64,000 nucleotides of DNA, taken from IMG/VR virus record IMGVR_UViG_3300036668_000241, positions 1 to 64,000 of that record; one strand, written 5' to 3'. The stretch's first letter is position 1; each line of letters starts with the position of its first letter. Below the pieces are notes generated by a model. The model searched no databases and was not told the origin of the DNA. It saw only the letters and a program-made list of their open reading frames with translations. Shown piece by piece: positions 21,801-32,442 of this stretch. This stretch comes from a virus. The position numbers and the translations under genes were made by a program.

Positions 21801-24198
21801 AATATCCAGAATTTTCATTAATACTTCCAGTAATAGCAAACATTGCAAAATCTGAAGTGTTTGTTTTATTGCTAATTCTTATATGACCCTTGATTGGGCT
21901 TGTAGAATCATCAATAGTTCTTAGAAAAACTTGAACATCAATTGCACCATCAGACTCGTCGTCAATAAACATGTTGCTAGACAATTGAAGATCTGCATTA
22001 TTAAATCTAAGTTTTCCTGTGCCAGGATCTGAGTCTGCAGTGCTACTGTTGAATGTATAGTCAAAGCTTGCTCCACCAAACACACCTGCGGGACCTTGTG
22101 TACCTGTTGCTCCAGTAGGTCCCTGTGAGCCTGTAGGTCCTGCAATACCCGTTGGGCCTGTAGGTCCTTGAACAGTGCTTGCTGCACCTGTTGGACCAGT
22201 CGAACCTGTTGGCCCGAGAGGCCCAGTTGGTCCTGTAACAGTAGAGTTAGCACCTGTTAATCCTGTAGAACCAGTTGGTCCTGTAGCACCTGTGGGACCT
22301 GTAAATCCTGTAGTACCTGTTGCGCCTGTCAACCCTGTAGGTCCAGTGACACCAATTAATCCTTGAGCACCTGTAGGTCCGGTTACTGTACTGGCAGCAC
22401 CAGTAGCACCAATTAATCCTTGAGCACCTGTAGGTCCTTGAATTCCATCAGGACCCCTAAGACCTGTCGGACCTGTAACACCCTGACCTCCAGCTACTCC
22501 GGTAGGTCCAGTAGAACCAGTTGCTCCATTAGCTCCAGGTTGACCAACAGCACCAGTAGGTCCAGTCCCGCCTGCAACACCTGTAGGTCCTGCTACACCT
22601 GCGGCACCTGTTGCACCAGCAGACCCAGGTTGGCCAACAGCACCTGTTGATCCTGTAGGACCTGTTACTGTCGAGGCTGCACCTGTTGGACCTGTAGGAC
22701 CAGTAACACCCTGAGTACCCGCTGGACCCGTTACTGTCGAGGCTGCACCTGTTGGACCTTGCAAACCTGTTGCACCTGTTGCGCCTGTTGCACCTATAGA
22801 ACCGTTAGTACCCGCTGGGCCCTGGGATCCGGTAGGCCCTTGAGCCCCTGTTGGGCCAGCAACACCTTGTGCACCAGCAGAACCGGTAGAACCCGTTGGT
22901 CCGGTTACATTAGAGTCAGCACCCTGAGAGCCAGTAGGACCTGTTATACCAATAGATCCGGTTGCACCTGTTGGGCCTTGCGGTCCCATGTCTCCTGTGC
23001 GAGCAAAAGTAATAACGACATCTTCAGCAGAAGAAAAGTTAGCTGCCAGTCCGCTAACGTATGAAACAGGAACTTTGAAGTATCCTGTTGTTTCAGTTAT
23101 AGTTCCAGTAATAGCAAAGAATGCAAAATCATTTGCATCCTGTTTGTTAGCAACACGAAGGTGTCCTTTTATAGGAGAAGTGCTGTCATCAATTGTTCGC
23201 AAGAAAGCTTGAATGTCTATTGATCCATCGGCTTCGTCATCAATAAACATAAATGTTGCGACAGGTAGACTTGCTTGGTTAAATTTTAAAGTTCCTGTTC
23301 CTGGATCAGAATCGTCTGTCTGAGTAGAGAACGTGTAGTCAAATGTTGCTCCGCCAAAAGATCCTGCTGCACCTGTTGCTCCAGTTGGTCCTTGAGTCCC
23401 TACTGCTCCGGTAGGTCCTGCAATACCCGTTGGGCCTGTAGGTCCGGGAGTAGTACTTACTGCTCCAGTAGGGCCAGTGGTCCCTTCAGGTCCTTGAACT
23501 CCCGTAGGACCTAGATTGCCTTGAATTCCCTGAACACCCTGTGGTCCTGTTACACCCTGTGGCCCTGTTACTCCTTGAGCACCTGTTGGACCTGTTAATC
23601 CTTGTGCTCCTATTGAGCCTGTGGGCCCGGTAAAGGGACCAACATTTTCCCAAGAAGATGTCTCTGTACTCCAGATATATAGGTTTAACCCAACAACATA
23701 CGCATCACCAGCAGCACCTGTAGGGTGTGCAGTAGTTAGTGCACTCTCTGTTGCGTACTCTCCTAAAAGTTGAAAAGAATACCCGGCAGGTCCCGTTGGT
23801 CCTTGAGGCCCTAATGGTCCTCGCGCAATGCCTGAACCGGCTGGCGTTACTGTAGATGGATCTGCAGTGTCGAGACGAGTAATGTCAACATCGCTCTCGT
23901 CACCTATAGGTAGATAGAATCTAAACTCGTAGGGCCTAGCACCTCTAATGCGAATTCTGGCGGTGTAGTACCAACCACGAGGACTTAAATCCCGATCGTC
24001 CGTGCAAGGAAGCTCTACCGAAAATTCACCGTTAGCATTGAGTGTTGCTTGAACGGGACCAGAAAGAATTACCGCGTCATCAAGATCTTCAATACGACTA
24101 GACGCATTAAAAGTGATTGTCCCCGAGGCAGCTAGACCGTTCACTTTTGTGAATTGGCCAACAACTACTCTCGTGGATACGTCAACAGGGTAACTCAT
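18832..24198 (-). CDS. Long collagen-like tail fibre (1788 aa) with three copies of a ~115-aa globular spacer
   Basis: N-terminus resembles actinophage minor tail proteins. Extensive Gly-X-Y. FGGAxFDYTF...IITFARTGD domain occurs 3 times. Confidence 0.85.
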   Translation of the reverse strand: MSYPVDVSTRVVVGQFTKVNGLAASGTITFNASSRIEDLDDAVILSGPVQATLNANGEFSVELPCTDDRDLSPRGWYYTARIRIRGARPYEFRFYLPIGDESDVDITRLDTADPSTVTPAGSGIARGPLGPQGPTGPAGYSFQLLGEYATESALTTAHPTGAAGDAYVVGLNLYIWSTETSSWENVGPFTGPTGSIGAQGLTGPTGAQGVTGPQGVTGPQGVQGIQGNLGPTGVQGPEGTTGPTGAVSTTPGPTGPTGIAGPTGAVGTQGPTGATGAAGSFGGATFDYTFSTQTDDSDPGTGTLKFNQASLPVATFMFIDDEADGSIDIQAFLRTIDDSTSPIKGHLRVANKQDANDFAFFAITGTITETTGYFKVPVSYVSGLAANFSSAEDVVITFARTGDMGPQGPTGATGSIGITGPTGSQGADSNVTGPTGSTGSAGAQGVAGPTGAQGPTGSQGPAGTNGSIGATGATGATGLQGPTGAASTVTGPAGTQGVTGPTGPTGAASTVTGPTGSTGAVGQPGSAGATGAAGVAGPTGVAGGTGPTGAVGQPGANGATGSTGPTGVAGGQGVTGPTGLRGPDGIQGPTGAQGLIGATGAASTVTGPTGAQGLIGVTGPTGLTGATGTTGFTGPTGATGPTGSTGLTGANSTVTGPTGPLGPTGSTGPTGAASTVQGPTGPTGIAGPTGSQGPTGATGTQGPAGVFGGASFDYTFNSSTADSDPGTGKLRFNNADLQLSSNMFIDDESDGAIDVQVFLRTIDDSTSPIKGHIRISNKTNTSDFAMFAITGSINENSGYFTIPISYLNGLATEFSNNEDIIITFARTGDIGPQGIQGVTGPTGSQGPIGNTGPQGVTGSTGAASTVTGPTGPTGAISTTPGPTGSTGDIGPQGVTGSQGATGATGSTGSTGSTGATGSIGIQGPTGLQGATGPTGSTGLTGANSTVTGPTGPLGPTGSTGPTGAASTVQGPTGPTGIAGPTGSQGPTGATGTQGPAGVFGGASFDYTFNTSVSDTDPGTGKLRFNNANVTLANFLFIDDEDDNSIDIQAFLQTIDDSTSPLKGHFRVSNKTNTADFALFSITGSITEAAGYFKVPVSWVSGLASSFDNNEDIIITFARTGDVGPQGIQGVTGPTGSQGPTGPTGSQGPLGPTGADSIVTGPTGSIGPTGPIGSTGAASTVTGPTGPLGPTGSTGAASTVTGPTGSTGDIGPTGPTGSTGDIGPTGPTGSTGLVGTTGPTGDLGPTGSTGATGADSNVTGPTGDLGPTGPLGPTGSTGPTGSIGETGPTGSTGDIGPTGSTGPIGAPSTVTGPTGLTGPTGPTGSQGIQGTGITILGSLADISELPLTGSPGDGYLIDGNLFVWDDVNQEWDNVGNIEGPTGPTGPTGADSSIAGPTGPSGQFTISADIPPADPQIGDAWFNSTTGKIFVYYDGYWIETGAAPIGPTGPLGPLGPTGSTGAASTVTGPTGYRGPTGSTGPTGPTGPTGPVSTEPSTAPGPTGPTGSTGPIGTFTLASDTPPINPYVGDAWFDTSIGKTYVYFDNFWVEAASADIGPTGPTGPTGPVSTQPSTVEGPTGSTGPTGPTGNASNVTGPTGPTGPLGPTGAQGDPSTATGPTGSTGPTGDQGNSVTGPTGPLGPTGPSGSVQADALTYTPTFTDVGASLESTGTPASGVYVVVGAMITFSIEVNFTDVTNFGSGQYGLTLPFAPIDKTFVFTGYLEESSSNTDYIIYGIIKKGSFTSRIDLFVSEADFSGQTTLTNNTVTGSNPIAIDSGDKIFISGTYIAAP
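21182..22291. repeat. 234-bp exact direct repeat (21182-21415 and 22058-22291) within an 876-bp tandem duplication
   Basis: Base-by-base identity from TAGTCAAAGCTTGCTCC to GGTCCTGTAGCACCT; further identical patches at the same 876-bp offset. Confidence 0.9.
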
Positions 24199-24310
24199 AC
24201 ACTCTCCAGCTCAGGCAGGTTGAAGAGACTGAGGTTCTCAGTCTACTGGTACCATAAGTATTGTACGATCTTTTCGAGTATGCGAGATTCAAAAAAGGTC
24301 TAAATATCGC

Positions 24311-25552
24311 TTAAAGATGTGTTGATATGATACTAATGTCTTTCCTTGGGTCGTGCCCGGCACCAATTACTAGGGACAAAATACCTGTAGAAGACTCTAA
24401 ACCTTGACGATCCCTAAACCATGCAGATCCAGGATCTGTAGTCGGGGCTTGTAGCCAGAATCGTTGACCTATATCCATAGTTTTGAAGTTATGAAAGTGT
24501 CCTGAGATCCACAAGTCAGCCATCCCTAAAGAGGTTTGACCGGCTGCTTGGCCAGATAGATATTTAATAACGTCTCTTCCGGCTTGATGCCCATGAAAAA
24601 GACCAAGCATTGTTCCATTAACGTCTACGGTTAATGTCTGATGATCTTTGTCCGGATATCGGAATTCAATATGAGATAGTGATGGATTTTCCGCGCAAGC
24701 GTCTTGACATGCACTGGCAATCTCTACGTTCCAGCCGTCTGAGGGGTCTGCAATTACTTGTCTAGTAACTTCATCGTGATTACCGTTTACGACCGGGATG
24801 ATCATTCTGTCGCACAAAGGAGCAAAGGCCTTAATTTGTGCCATAAGAAGTCTTCGTGCAACCCTTGTCTGCTCTGTTAGTCCTAAATCAGACGCAGCTT
24901 GAGACTGTAGTTTTCCATTTTGAGAGACGTTACCTTCGACATGATCTCCAGGGAGGCCAATAACTATTGTCCCTATGTTTCGTCCAATTTTACGCAAATC
25001 CCTGAGCCGTTCTACGCCACCCTCAGTACCGTTAAGAATCCGCTGAATAGATTGCTCTGTCCCACCGTTTCCGGTTTTTTTACCGATTTGCTGGTCGCTA
25101 GGTGCAAATACATATGCTAGGTCACCGGACTTAAACTTTTCTGACTTTCTTGGACGCCATTTAGATACCTCATCAATTAGCTTCTCTACATCTAAATCGG
25201 TTTCTACATACATTTGCGCCGGTTGTACAGAAACTCTAAAAGCCTCAAGCCATTCTCCTGAGTGACTCTGCCAACGAGATCTACGTAGTCCTACTACTTT
25301 CCACGACTCTGGGTTGAGATCAAACTCTTCTAAAATACCAGCAGCATCTGGCATTTCTCCAGCGTGTCGGGGGGTGGATATTAAAAATCCACCTTCAGCG
25401 TCTATTTCCATACGAGGACGCCACGACTCGGGGGTATTTAATGCTTTTACATCTGAGCCGCGTTTACCGGGGCTGGCTAGACGTTCTAAACGATTTGAAA
25501 GACTTTCATTCATACGGATTGACTCTTTCGAACATCTCTGCCGATAAAGCAC
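24311..25552 (-). CDS. Calcineurin-like metallophosphoesterase (Mre11-like phage nuclease)
   Basis: Motifs SDQQIGK, GDHVEG, GNHDE, HGHQ, GHFH. True start is probably MNESLS at 25513. Confidence 0.8.
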   Translation of the reverse strand: MLYRQRCSKESIRMNESLSNRLERLASPGKRGSDVKALNTPESWRPRMEIDAEGGFLISTPRHAGEMPDAAGILEEFDLNPESWKVVGLRRSRWQSHSGEWLEAFRVSVQPAQMYVETDLDVEKLIDEVSKWRPRKSEKFKSGDLAYVFAPSDQQIGKKTGNGGTEQSIQRILNGTEGGVERLRDLRKIGRNIGTIVIGLPGDHVEGNVSQNGKLQSQAASDLGLTEQTRVARRLLMAQIKAFAPLCDRMIIPVVNGNHDEVTRQVIADPSDGWNVEIASACQDACAENPSLSHIEFRYPDKDHQTLTVDVNGTMLGLFHGHQAGRDVIKYLSGQAAGQTSLGMADLWISGHFHNFKTMDIGQRFWLQAPTTDPGSAWFRDRQGLESSTGILSLVIGAGHDPRKDISIISTHL

Positions 25553-25782
25553 CGGCAGTTGTTTCTACGATGTAATGCTACAGATGAGTAGGCAATATCA
25601 TAACCTTCATCAAGAAGTACTTGATGAAGTTGAACATTTGAAATGTTTCGTGGTTCGTCGAAAAGCACACTGTTTAAGGCTTTTTGATCACTCTCTGAGA
25701 GTTTTTCGAGGACTCGTGATACACCACAAGGGAGTCCAGACTTTTTTGGCTTTACTTCTGCAAGTCTCTTAGCAAGACTCAT
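25510..25782 (-). CDS. Small Cys/His, HTH-like protein coupled to the phosphoesterase
   Basis: CGV...HRRNNCRC; stop overlaps the downstream start. Confidence 0.65.
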   Translation of the reverse strand: MSLAKRLAEVKPKKSGLPCGVSRVLEKLSESDQKALNSVLFDEPRNISNVQLHQVLLDEGYDIAYSSVALHRRNNCRCFIGRDVRKSQSV

Positions 25783-25892
25783 ATCTACCTCTTCTGTAAC
25801 TGCGTTATCTACTCAAGTAGTAAGAGTTGACACGACTTAACGGGTATCAGCAACCCCAACAGTAACAGAAGAATTAAGAAAATTACAGTAGT

Positions 25893-26273
25893 TTACTCAT
25901 CTTTAATAAGATTTTTAAGTAATAGTCCCCAAGTTTCCCTATTGTCTTGATGCAAATCCGTGATCATTCCCTCTGAACGCTTAATATCTTCCTTTAAATC
26001 TGCTAGAGTGTATTCTAGCTTTTCAACTCTTCGAGAGATGTCTGGGAGACTATAGCCACCATTTGCTGTAGGTTGAATAGGCTTTGTGTATTCTATAACT
26101 TCTTCTTTGATAGTCTTTCTAAGCTGCTTTAGCCACCACCGGCCAAGTCCTGTTACAGCACCTATAACGGCAACAATAAATGCAAGAATTACTGCAAGAT
26201 CTCCTACATCAACCTGACCTTGACTATTAGGTTCCCACCACGACTGGGACAGTAGTTCAAACATCACAGACAT
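25893..26273 (-). CDS. Single-TM membrane protein with coiled coil
   Basis: Hydrophobic LAVILAFIVAVIGAVTGL followed by basic residues and a heptad region. Confidence 0.6.
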   Translation of the reverse strand: MSVMFELLSQSWWEPNSQGQVDVGDLAVILAFIVAVIGAVTGLGRWWLKQLRKTIKEEVIEYTKPIQPTANGGYSLPDISRRVEKLEYTLADLKEDIKRSEGMITDLHQDNRETWGLLLKNLIKDE

Positions 26274-26500
26274 GTAATTCCAATCTAGATAGGTGTAGAA
26301 GGTTTTAGTCGTTAGCTGGACTTATATCCTTCTTAATGCTAGGGTCTCGACACTAACAATTCAAAATATTTTTACCTGAATTATTAATCTCTTATACTAT
26401 TTTAACCCGCTTGATAAGATCTAATTTCCAAAGTGACTACTATAGATGGGGACAAAGTGATAAACTGGCAACTTACGAAAAATTTGATTGGTGACAATAT

Positions 26501-29140
26501 ATGAGTGATTGGGAAGAAGCCGATAACGGTAGAGTAGCCGATGGTGCTATGTGGTACGCAAGTCAGGGCTGGAAGGTTCTTCCTTGTTATGGGATTGTTG
26601 GGGGACGTTGTACATGCAACAGCACGCACTCTGAACCGAAAGATGTTGGCAAACACCCAAAGCTTCCTGACTGGAGTACTGCTGCCTCGTCCGATGTAGA
26701 TACTGTTCGTAAGTGGTGGGAAAGCGCCCCTGAATCGAACGTTGGTATCTACTGTAAAGGTTCGGGATTTCTTGTTATTGATATTGATCCAAGAAACGGC
26801 GGACCAGACTCCTTCGATAAATTTGAAGAACTCGTTGACGGGGAGCTTCCTATAACAGTGGAAGCAATTACTGGATCATACAATATTAATGGCCATCAAA
26901 GTAGGGGACGTCATCTTTTCTACAAATGTAATGAAGATGAACAGCTTCTTGGTAATTTAAATAAGTCTGGGCTAAAAGGTATTGATATCAAGCACAATGG
27001 GTATGTACTTGTTGCTCCCTCTAGACATTTCTCAGGAAATTGTTATGAATGGGTTGAAGGTAAGGCTCCGTGGGAGATAGAAATTGCAGACGCTCCTGAG
27101 CAACTTTTAAACTCTTTAAGGAAGAGGTCTAGAAAAGCTACGTCTCTTGGTGAAAGCGATTGGTCTTCTATTTTTGGGGATCTAGATATTGGTAATGACC
27201 GAGTAGATATTGAAAGAATGCTTGAAGAAGGAATTGAAGAGGGCTCTCGAGCAGTAGATGTATACAAGATGACGTGTGCACTATCTAATAAATTTCCCGT
27301 GGCAACAGAAGTTGGTCGCATGGGAGTAGAAACTATGATGATTAGATTTAATGCTGAAAAGATTAGACCTCCGATGGATCTTGAAGGAAGCAACGGACTT
27401 CTTATGCACGTTCGTAACGCTATTAATTTTGTTCTTGATAACCCAAAAAGTGAGCGCATGTGGCCGGGGATTAGTAACTTTCAAAAAGACTGGGCCAATA
27501 AATCTACAAATGAGGCCAAACTTTCCACAGAAAAAATTGAAAGAAAAATGATTCAGCCGATAACTGGTGTAGTTATGCCTAAGGAATACCCTGCTCAATT
27601 AGCGGGAACTGTTGGCGGAAAAGTGATTGAAAATCTCCAAGATATGGACTCGGTAGCTGATGCCGTAACACGCGGGAACATTGATATTCCTAAAGATCCT
27701 GACGCTCTTTTCGAAGAAGACGGTGGTGAGCCGGGCAAAAGAACTCTTTCTGATACTGGAAATGGTCGTAGATTAATTGACACATTCGGAACTGCAGTTC
27801 GATATACCCCCGGTCTTGGGTGGTTTCATTGGTCTCAAGGGTATTGGAAGCCTGACGTAGAAGCACTAGAATTGCAAGAACTTTCTAAAAGACTCTCACC
27901 TATTATTGCTGCCGAAGTAGTTAATTATGAGGATCCTGACAAGCAGGGTGAAGTAGTACGTTGGGCTATGCAATCAAAGTCTAATTCAAGAATAAAAGGA
28001 GCCATCGAAAATGCTAACTCTGACCCTAGAGTCTTAGTTGGTGTTGATCGTTGGGACGCAGATCAAAATTTATTTGGAGTAAGCAATGGCGTTATTGACC
28101 TCAAAACTGGTGAACTACTTCGCGGTCGTCCAGACCTCTACATTACTCGTCGTGCTCCTGTCGCCTACTCTCCTGGGATGCGAAATATCCGTTGGGAACA
28201 ATTCCTAGACTTTGCAACAGACGGCGATAAAGAATATCAAGACTGGCTGCAACGAGCAGCTGGGTACACTCTTACAGGCTCAAGTAAATACGACATCATG
28301 TTTCTAGTTTACGGTCCTCCAGGGTCTGGTAAAAATACTTTTGTTGAAGCTCTTGTAAAGGCTCTTGGTACTCAAGAATACGCATGGCCTCTGGATTCAA
28401 GTATTCTTGCTGCAAATGACGGACAATCAAACAGTTCAGATTTGTATCACTGGGCAATGCTTCGTGGTCGTCGTATGGTATGGGTTGATGAGCTTCCCGA
28501 CTCTGAGCGACTAAAAGAGAACGCAGTAAAGAAGTTAACAGGTTCTTCTGAAATCTCTGCTCGATCACCAGGAGAAAAACCATTTACATTTGCCTCGCAA
28601 GCCAAGTTATGGGTGTCTACAAACCATAGGCCTATTATTACTGATGATGCCATGTGGCGACGTATTAGACCGATTCCGTTTACATGTATCCCCGAGGTCC
28701 CCGATCCAGACTTAAAAGAATATATCTTTGACCCAGAGGGTGCGCTACCTGCGGTACTTTCGTGGGCGGTTGAAGGAGCAATTAAATTACTTGGATCTTC
28801 CGCTAGAGATGGTCTCGGTTGGTGCACTCGGGTAGCAGAAGCTGCTGATATGTATAGAAAAAATGAAGATCGTATTGGAATTTTCTTTGATGAAGAAACT
28901 AATCAATCAGAAGGTGCCTCTGTCCCAGTTAAATCTATCTATACCCTCTACAGAATGTGGTCAGAAGAGCGTGGAGAAAGAGCTATGACTCAGATTGCAT
29001 TCCAAAGAAAACTTGCAGACAGGAATATGAATGTGGTAGGTCTAGGATCTAGAGCAATCATTCATGGATATTCTTTAGCTCCACGATCAGTGGAGACTGA
29101 GACTGTTGACTGGGGAACATTAAGCAGATTTGCAAGATAA
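26501..29140 (+). CDS. Bifunctional primase-polymerase fused to D5-like SF3 helicase
   Basis: Prim-pol motifs GWKVLPC, NVGI, VIDIDPRNGG, GRHLFY, GIDIKHNGYVLVAPS. D5_N region SDTGNGRRL. Walker A GPPGSGKNT, Walker B WVDE, STNHRP. Confidence 0.92.
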   Translation: MSDWEEADNGRVADGAMWYASQGWKVLPCYGIVGGRCTCNSTHSEPKDVGKHPKLPDWSTAASSDVDTVRKWWESAPESNVGIYCKGSGFLVIDIDPRNGGPDSFDKFEELVDGELPITVEAITGSYNINGHQSRGRHLFYKCNEDEQLLGNLNKSGLKGIDIKHNGYVLVAPSRHFSGNCYEWVEGKAPWEIEIADAPEQLLNSLRKRSRKATSLGESDWSSIFGDLDIGNDRVDIERMLEEGIEEGSRAVDVYKMTCALSNKFPVATEVGRMGVETMMIRFNAEKIRPPMDLEGSNGLLMHVRNAINFVLDNPKSERMWPGISNFQKDWANKSTNEAKLSTEKIERKMIQPITGVVMPKEYPAQLAGTVGGKVIENLQDMDSVADAVTRGNIDIPKDPDALFEEDGGEPGKRTLSDTGNGRRLIDTFGTAVRYTPGLGWFHWSQGYWKPDVEALELQELSKRLSPIIAAEVVNYEDPDKQGEVVRWAMQSKSNSRIKGAIENANSDPRVLVGVDRWDADQNLFGVSNGVIDLKTGELLRGRPDLYITRRAPVAYSPGMRNIRWEQFLDFATDGDKEYQDWLQRAAGYTLTGSSKYDIMFLVYGPPGSGKNTFVEALVKALGTQEYAWPLDSSILAANDGQSNSSDLYHWAMLRGRRMVWVDELPDSERLKENAVKKLTGSSEISARSPGEKPFTFASQAKLWVSTNHRPIITDDAMWRRIRPIPFTCIPEVPDPDLKEYIFDPEGALPAVLSWAVEGAIKLLGSSARDGLGWCTRVAEAADMYRKNEDRIGIFFDEETNQSEGASVPVKSIYTLYRMWSEERGERAMTQIAFQRKLADRNMNVVGLGSRAIIHGYSLAPRSVETETVDWGTLSRFAR

Positions 29141-29166
29141 GAATCTGATACTAAGCAGCTTGCTAT

Positions 29167-30591
29167 TTATCGAGCAGTAAAAATTTTTCCACCACGGTTA
29201 GGTGGTTTCCCGGAGTCTCTAATGTTTGGGATTCTTCTTGCCGCTGAAGATTTAGCTGTAAGTTTTCCACCAGTAAACCCAGGAGGTGGCTTGATAAGTA
29301 GAGCTGTCATTGCATGGACCAGTGCATCTACTCGGTCAGGAGACTTCTTAGTCTCTTCAGGTATCCACGAAGTCATCTGAGATTCAAGATCTGTAAGATA
29401 TCCAATGTGATGAATTCTTTGTTGTTCGTATGCAAGGACTACAGGTTCTGCTCGTAAAGCTTTTCCATACTTAGAGTGAACTTCTAATACTTTAACTCCA
29501 GGGTCTATTGAGTTAATAGCGTTTCTTACTAATGCTCCACCTTGATTAACTTCAGCAACTACAGGAGCACCCCAACGACGAGCCATCTCTACAACTCTAC
29601 TTGCCCATACTTCAGGGGACCCATGAATAGAAGCATCTTCCATAACCCACGCGTTGCGTTTGTATAAATCTCGATCTGCAGTTGCTGCGCACACAACAAT
29701 TCCACATTCGTCTCGAGGATTCTCTGCTACAGATGGGTCTACTCCAATACATCTAAGAGGTGCGGATGCAGGGAGCATCCCATGACGAGATTCTTCAATC
29801 ATTTCAATTGTCCAGAGTGCTCCTTCAACATCGCTCAGCATTTCTCCATAGAGTTCTTGCTGCGCAAGACGAGTTCCTTCGTAAACACCCATGATTGACT
29901 CAAGGTATGCCTCTGATAGGTTTCCAGCGTTGTCTAGGGTGCTACCTTTTGATATATAAACTTTACCTGTTCTCTCCGACTCTGCTAGTAGTGAATACAG
30001 AATCGGCACACGTTTAGGAGTAGTAGTTGCAATAATTTGCGGGTGTGGGCCAAGACGAGTTGCAACTCGTAAGTTATCCCAAGATGTCATACCTGCTGCG
30101 TCAGGGGACTGTCGCCACGCTGCTAGTTCATCTGCCCATGAATAGTTAGCCTGGACACCACGGAGGCCGTCAGGCTCATCAGCAGTAGCGAGTAGTGCGG
30201 TATTCCCGTTAGGCCATGTAAGACGACGCTTAGAGGGTTCGTAGTGCGGTCTTTCGGAAGGAGGAGATATATCTAATATGCCAGAGTTACCTTCAACGAT
30301 TACATCTCGAACGTCAGCAGCAGTACGAGCAACCAAAAGAAATCTTAATTGACCCTCGTTTGTTAGTTTTGCTCGATCTCGTACCCACTCGGCGGCGGAA
30401 CGTGTTTTTCCGCTTCCACGGCCCGCAAGATAAAGCCATACATTCCAGTCAAATCCGTCAGGAGGACGTTGCTCTGGACGCGCCCATGCAGACCAATCCC
30501 ACATAAGCGCATCCATATCGACACCAGCAAGAATCGCTTCTCGTTCTTCTTTAGGCAGTGAGGCAAGCTGCTCCATCATGCTTTGGGCCAT
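29167..30591 (-). CDS. terL: Terminase large subunit
   Basis: AGRGSGKT Walker A, WADE Walker B, TTTP coupling motif, nuclease GVDPS and PDRVDA. Confidence 0.92.
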   Translation of the reverse strand: MAQSMMEQLASLPKEEREAILAGVDMDALMWDWSAWARPEQRPPDGFDWNVWLYLAGRGSGKTRSAAEWVRDRAKLTNEGQLRFLLVARTAADVRDVIVEGNSGILDISPPSERPHYEPSKRRLTWPNGNTALLATADEPDGLRGVQANYSWADELAAWRQSPDAAGMTSWDNLRVATRLGPHPQIIATTTPKRVPILYSLLAESERTGKVYISKGSTLDNAGNLSEAYLESIMGVYEGTRLAQQELYGEMLSDVEGALWTIEMIEESRHGMLPASAPLRCIGVDPSVAENPRDECGIVVCAATADRDLYKRNAWVMEDASIHGSPEVWASRVVEMARRWGAPVVAEVNQGGALVRNAINSIDPGVKVLEVHSKYGKALRAEPVVLAYEQQRIHHIGYLTDLESQMTSWIPEETKKSPDRVDALVHAMTALLIKPPPGFTGGKLTAKSSAARRIPNIRDSGKPPNRGGKIFTAR

Positions 30592-30599
30592 ATCACCTA

Positions 30600-31070
30600 C
30601 TACTGATCTGCAAAGTCTCTTCTTTGTAGACTTCTCTGTACCCCATAGTATAGCGGAGCAGCGGAGCTGAGGCCCATACCACGAGCGATAGCAGCTAGAG
30701 ATACTCCTGATTCGTACTCATGAGCAATGGAATTATGGTACTCCTCTGCTGTCCCACTTTTTGCTGCCTTAATTCTATTAATTGATTCTTCTATATTTTC
30801 AGTTTTTGATTTACTTTTTGGCTTAACAGAAGATACAACTACATGCTGCATCATAATTCTTCGACGAATCCCAGCGTAAGCAACATTTAATTCTTTAGAA
30901 AGCACTGGGAGACTGCCACCCTTATTATAAAATTCAGTTAAAAGTCTTGTGTACTCCCGGCTAGCTATATGTGCTGGGGTGGTTTGATTTCTTGATCCGT
31001 ATGCTTTTTTTGCTAGAGTTAGTAGTGGCTCTATTTTAGATTTATATTCTTCTACGAGTTCCGTATTCAC
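30600..31070 (-). CDS. Tandem HTH DNA-binding protein
   Basis: Two similar units: EY..LL.E.Y..GGSL..LSKELNV and EY...IA.EYESGVSLAAIARGMGL. Confidence 0.65.
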   Translation of the reverse strand: MNTELVEEYKSKIEPLLTLAKKAYGSRNQTTPAHIASREYTRLLTEFYNKGGSLPVLSKELNVAYAGIRRRIMMQHVVVSSVKPKSKSKTENIEESINRIKAAKSGTAEEYHNSIAHEYESGVSLAAIARGMGLSSAAPLYYGVQRSLQRRDFADQ

Positions 31071-31105
31071 TGTGTATCCTTTCGTCTTTATTAGGTCGAA
31101 TGTGA

Positions 31106-31134
31106 ATCATACCTCAGGGGTGTTAGGCAGTCAA
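31106..31134 (-). promoter_or_regulatory. sigma70/SigA-type promoter for the HTH-terL operon
   Basis: TTGACT-17 nt-TATGAT on the minus strand. Confidence 0.75.
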
Positions 31135-31142
31135 CTTACATC

Positions 31143-31165
31143 AAAAAACCCCCGTAAAGGGGGGT
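31143..31165 (-). terminator. Intrinsic terminator
   Basis: ACCCCCC-TTTAC-GGGGG followed by TTTTTT on the minus strand. Confidence 0.75.
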
Positions 31166-31282
31166 AAATTGACTAATGAAGGTATGTATCAAGTTAGGAC
31201 CTCTGCGTCAGGCCCACCTTGAAAAATCTAGTGAACCACCTCCTACGACGCGAAAGTAACTAAAGAAATAGTACCATTGGAC

Positions 31283-31732
31283 TCACTCCTCTACCTTTTT
31301 GAAGAGTTCGTATATTCGGTCCAATTCTTCCGTGATCTTTATGGCATGTGGATTTTCTGGTTGATCCCTAAGGAATTTTACGAGTAGGTCTCCAACCGAG
31401 GGCTGAACAAACTGCAAATATTCTCCAGTTTCGCCCCAGAAAGTGATTATACTTCCCTCATCAAGAGAGCCATCTGGCAAGTTTTTATCACGTTTTAGAC
31501 AATAAAAAAACATGAAAATTCTTTCTTTAAAAGACATCTTAAAAATCATACTTTGTTTTTTGGTTCCAGTAAGGAAACTCCACCCCTGTAGAAACCGATA
31601 TTTCAATGTTTGATGTGTGTAATAGTCAGTGCTAAATCTAATACTCTCAATGTGCGTTTTGTTTGTAAAGATCCAGTCTCTATGTACAAAATGATTTGCT
31701 GAGAAATCTAAGTAATCTAAACCCTTGCTCAT
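31283..31732 (-). CDS. Hypothetical protein
   Basis: 149-aa ORF translationally coupled to thyX (ATGA overlap). Confidence 0.65.
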   Translation of the reverse strand: MSKGLDYLDFSANHFVHRDWIFTNKTHIESIRFSTDYYTHQTLKYRFLQGWSFLTGTKKQSMIFKMSFKERIFMFFYCLKRDKNLPDGSLDEGSIITFWGETGEYLQFVQPSVGDLLVKFLRDQPENPHAIKITEELDRIYELFKKVEE

Positions 31733-32442
31733 GGTGCAACCCTTCCATTTGCTGCAAATGCTGCATAAGTTATTGGCATATGCTCTTTTAAAATCTCTTC
31801 GTAACGTTCTGCAACCATTTCGATCTCGCGCTGGGGATAGGACGGAAAGTGTGAGCCCTCCACATGCTGTCGTAAACTAAGAAAATTCATAAGTGCTCGA
31901 GCATTCATAGTTACATACGCACTTGAGTATATATTTAGAGGCAGCGCTATACGAGCCACCTCTTTAGCGATTCCGTTGGCTAAGAGTTGTTCATAGTTTT
32001 GATAGGCATCTATACACTGCTTCTCAAAAAGAACCTTAGTCATTGCGTATTGATCGTTAGTGCCCTCTATAAACTGATAGTGACCCGTTTTACCAATCTG
32101 CTGAAGGTTGCGTTCCCGCGCAGGAATGTAAAACTCTGGCTTTAAGACTGCATATCTACCGGACTCTTCGTTGTAACTTGCAATCCGGTGCCGCATGTGT
32201 TCGCGCCATACGAAAATAGGGGCTTTGACATAAAATGTAAAGTATGAATGCTCAAAGGGGCTTCCGTGGCGATCACGCATTAGGTAGTTGATTAGCCCTG
32301 AAATCTTTGCTTCATCCTGTGTAACATCTTTTGAGGCTTCACCTTTTGTACTTACCCAAGCGGCTCTTGCTACATCTATATCTTGTGCGCTATATTTAAT
32401 GAGCTCTACTATAACTTCCGAGCTATATTGAACGGATTGCAC
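31729..32442 (-). CDS. thyX: Flavin-dependent thymidylate synthase
   Basis: RHGSPFEH and the RHRIASYNEESGRY signature. Likely GTG start at 32442 after GGAGG (ORF track starts at 32505). Confidence 0.95.
   Translation of the reverse strand: MQSVQYSSEVIVELIKYSAQDIDVARAAWVSTKGEASKDVTQDEAKISGLINYLMRDRHGSPFEHSYFTFYVKAPIFVWREHMRHRIASYNEESGRYAVLKPEFYIPARERNLQQIGKTGHYQFIEGTNDQYAMTKVLFEKQCIDAYQNYEQLLANGIAKEVARIALPLNIYSSAYVTMNARALMNFLSLRQHVEGSHFPSYPQREIEMVAERYEEILKEHMPITYAAFAANGRVAP

Noticed and set aside
21182-22291. Repeat pair as a DGR template/variable repeat
   Set aside because: The copies are identical with no adenine-specific differences, both lie inside one ORF, and there is no reverse transcriptase in the window.
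526-23212. Many plus-strand ORFs rich in PVGPVGP and alternate-frame minus ORFs rich in DLQ/LLE
   Set aside because: Antisense or frame shadows of the Gly-Pro-Thr collagen genes; no RBS or independent evidence.
24226-24244. Perfect 8-bp inverted repeat AGACTGAG-GTT-CTCAGTCT in the leader of the long fibre gene
   Set aside because: A single short hairpin with no second copy seen; insufficient to call an operator.
31170-31260. Hammerhead ribozyme on the plus strand (CTAATGA...CGAAA)
   Set aside because: The bases flanking the core do not form stem II or stem III.
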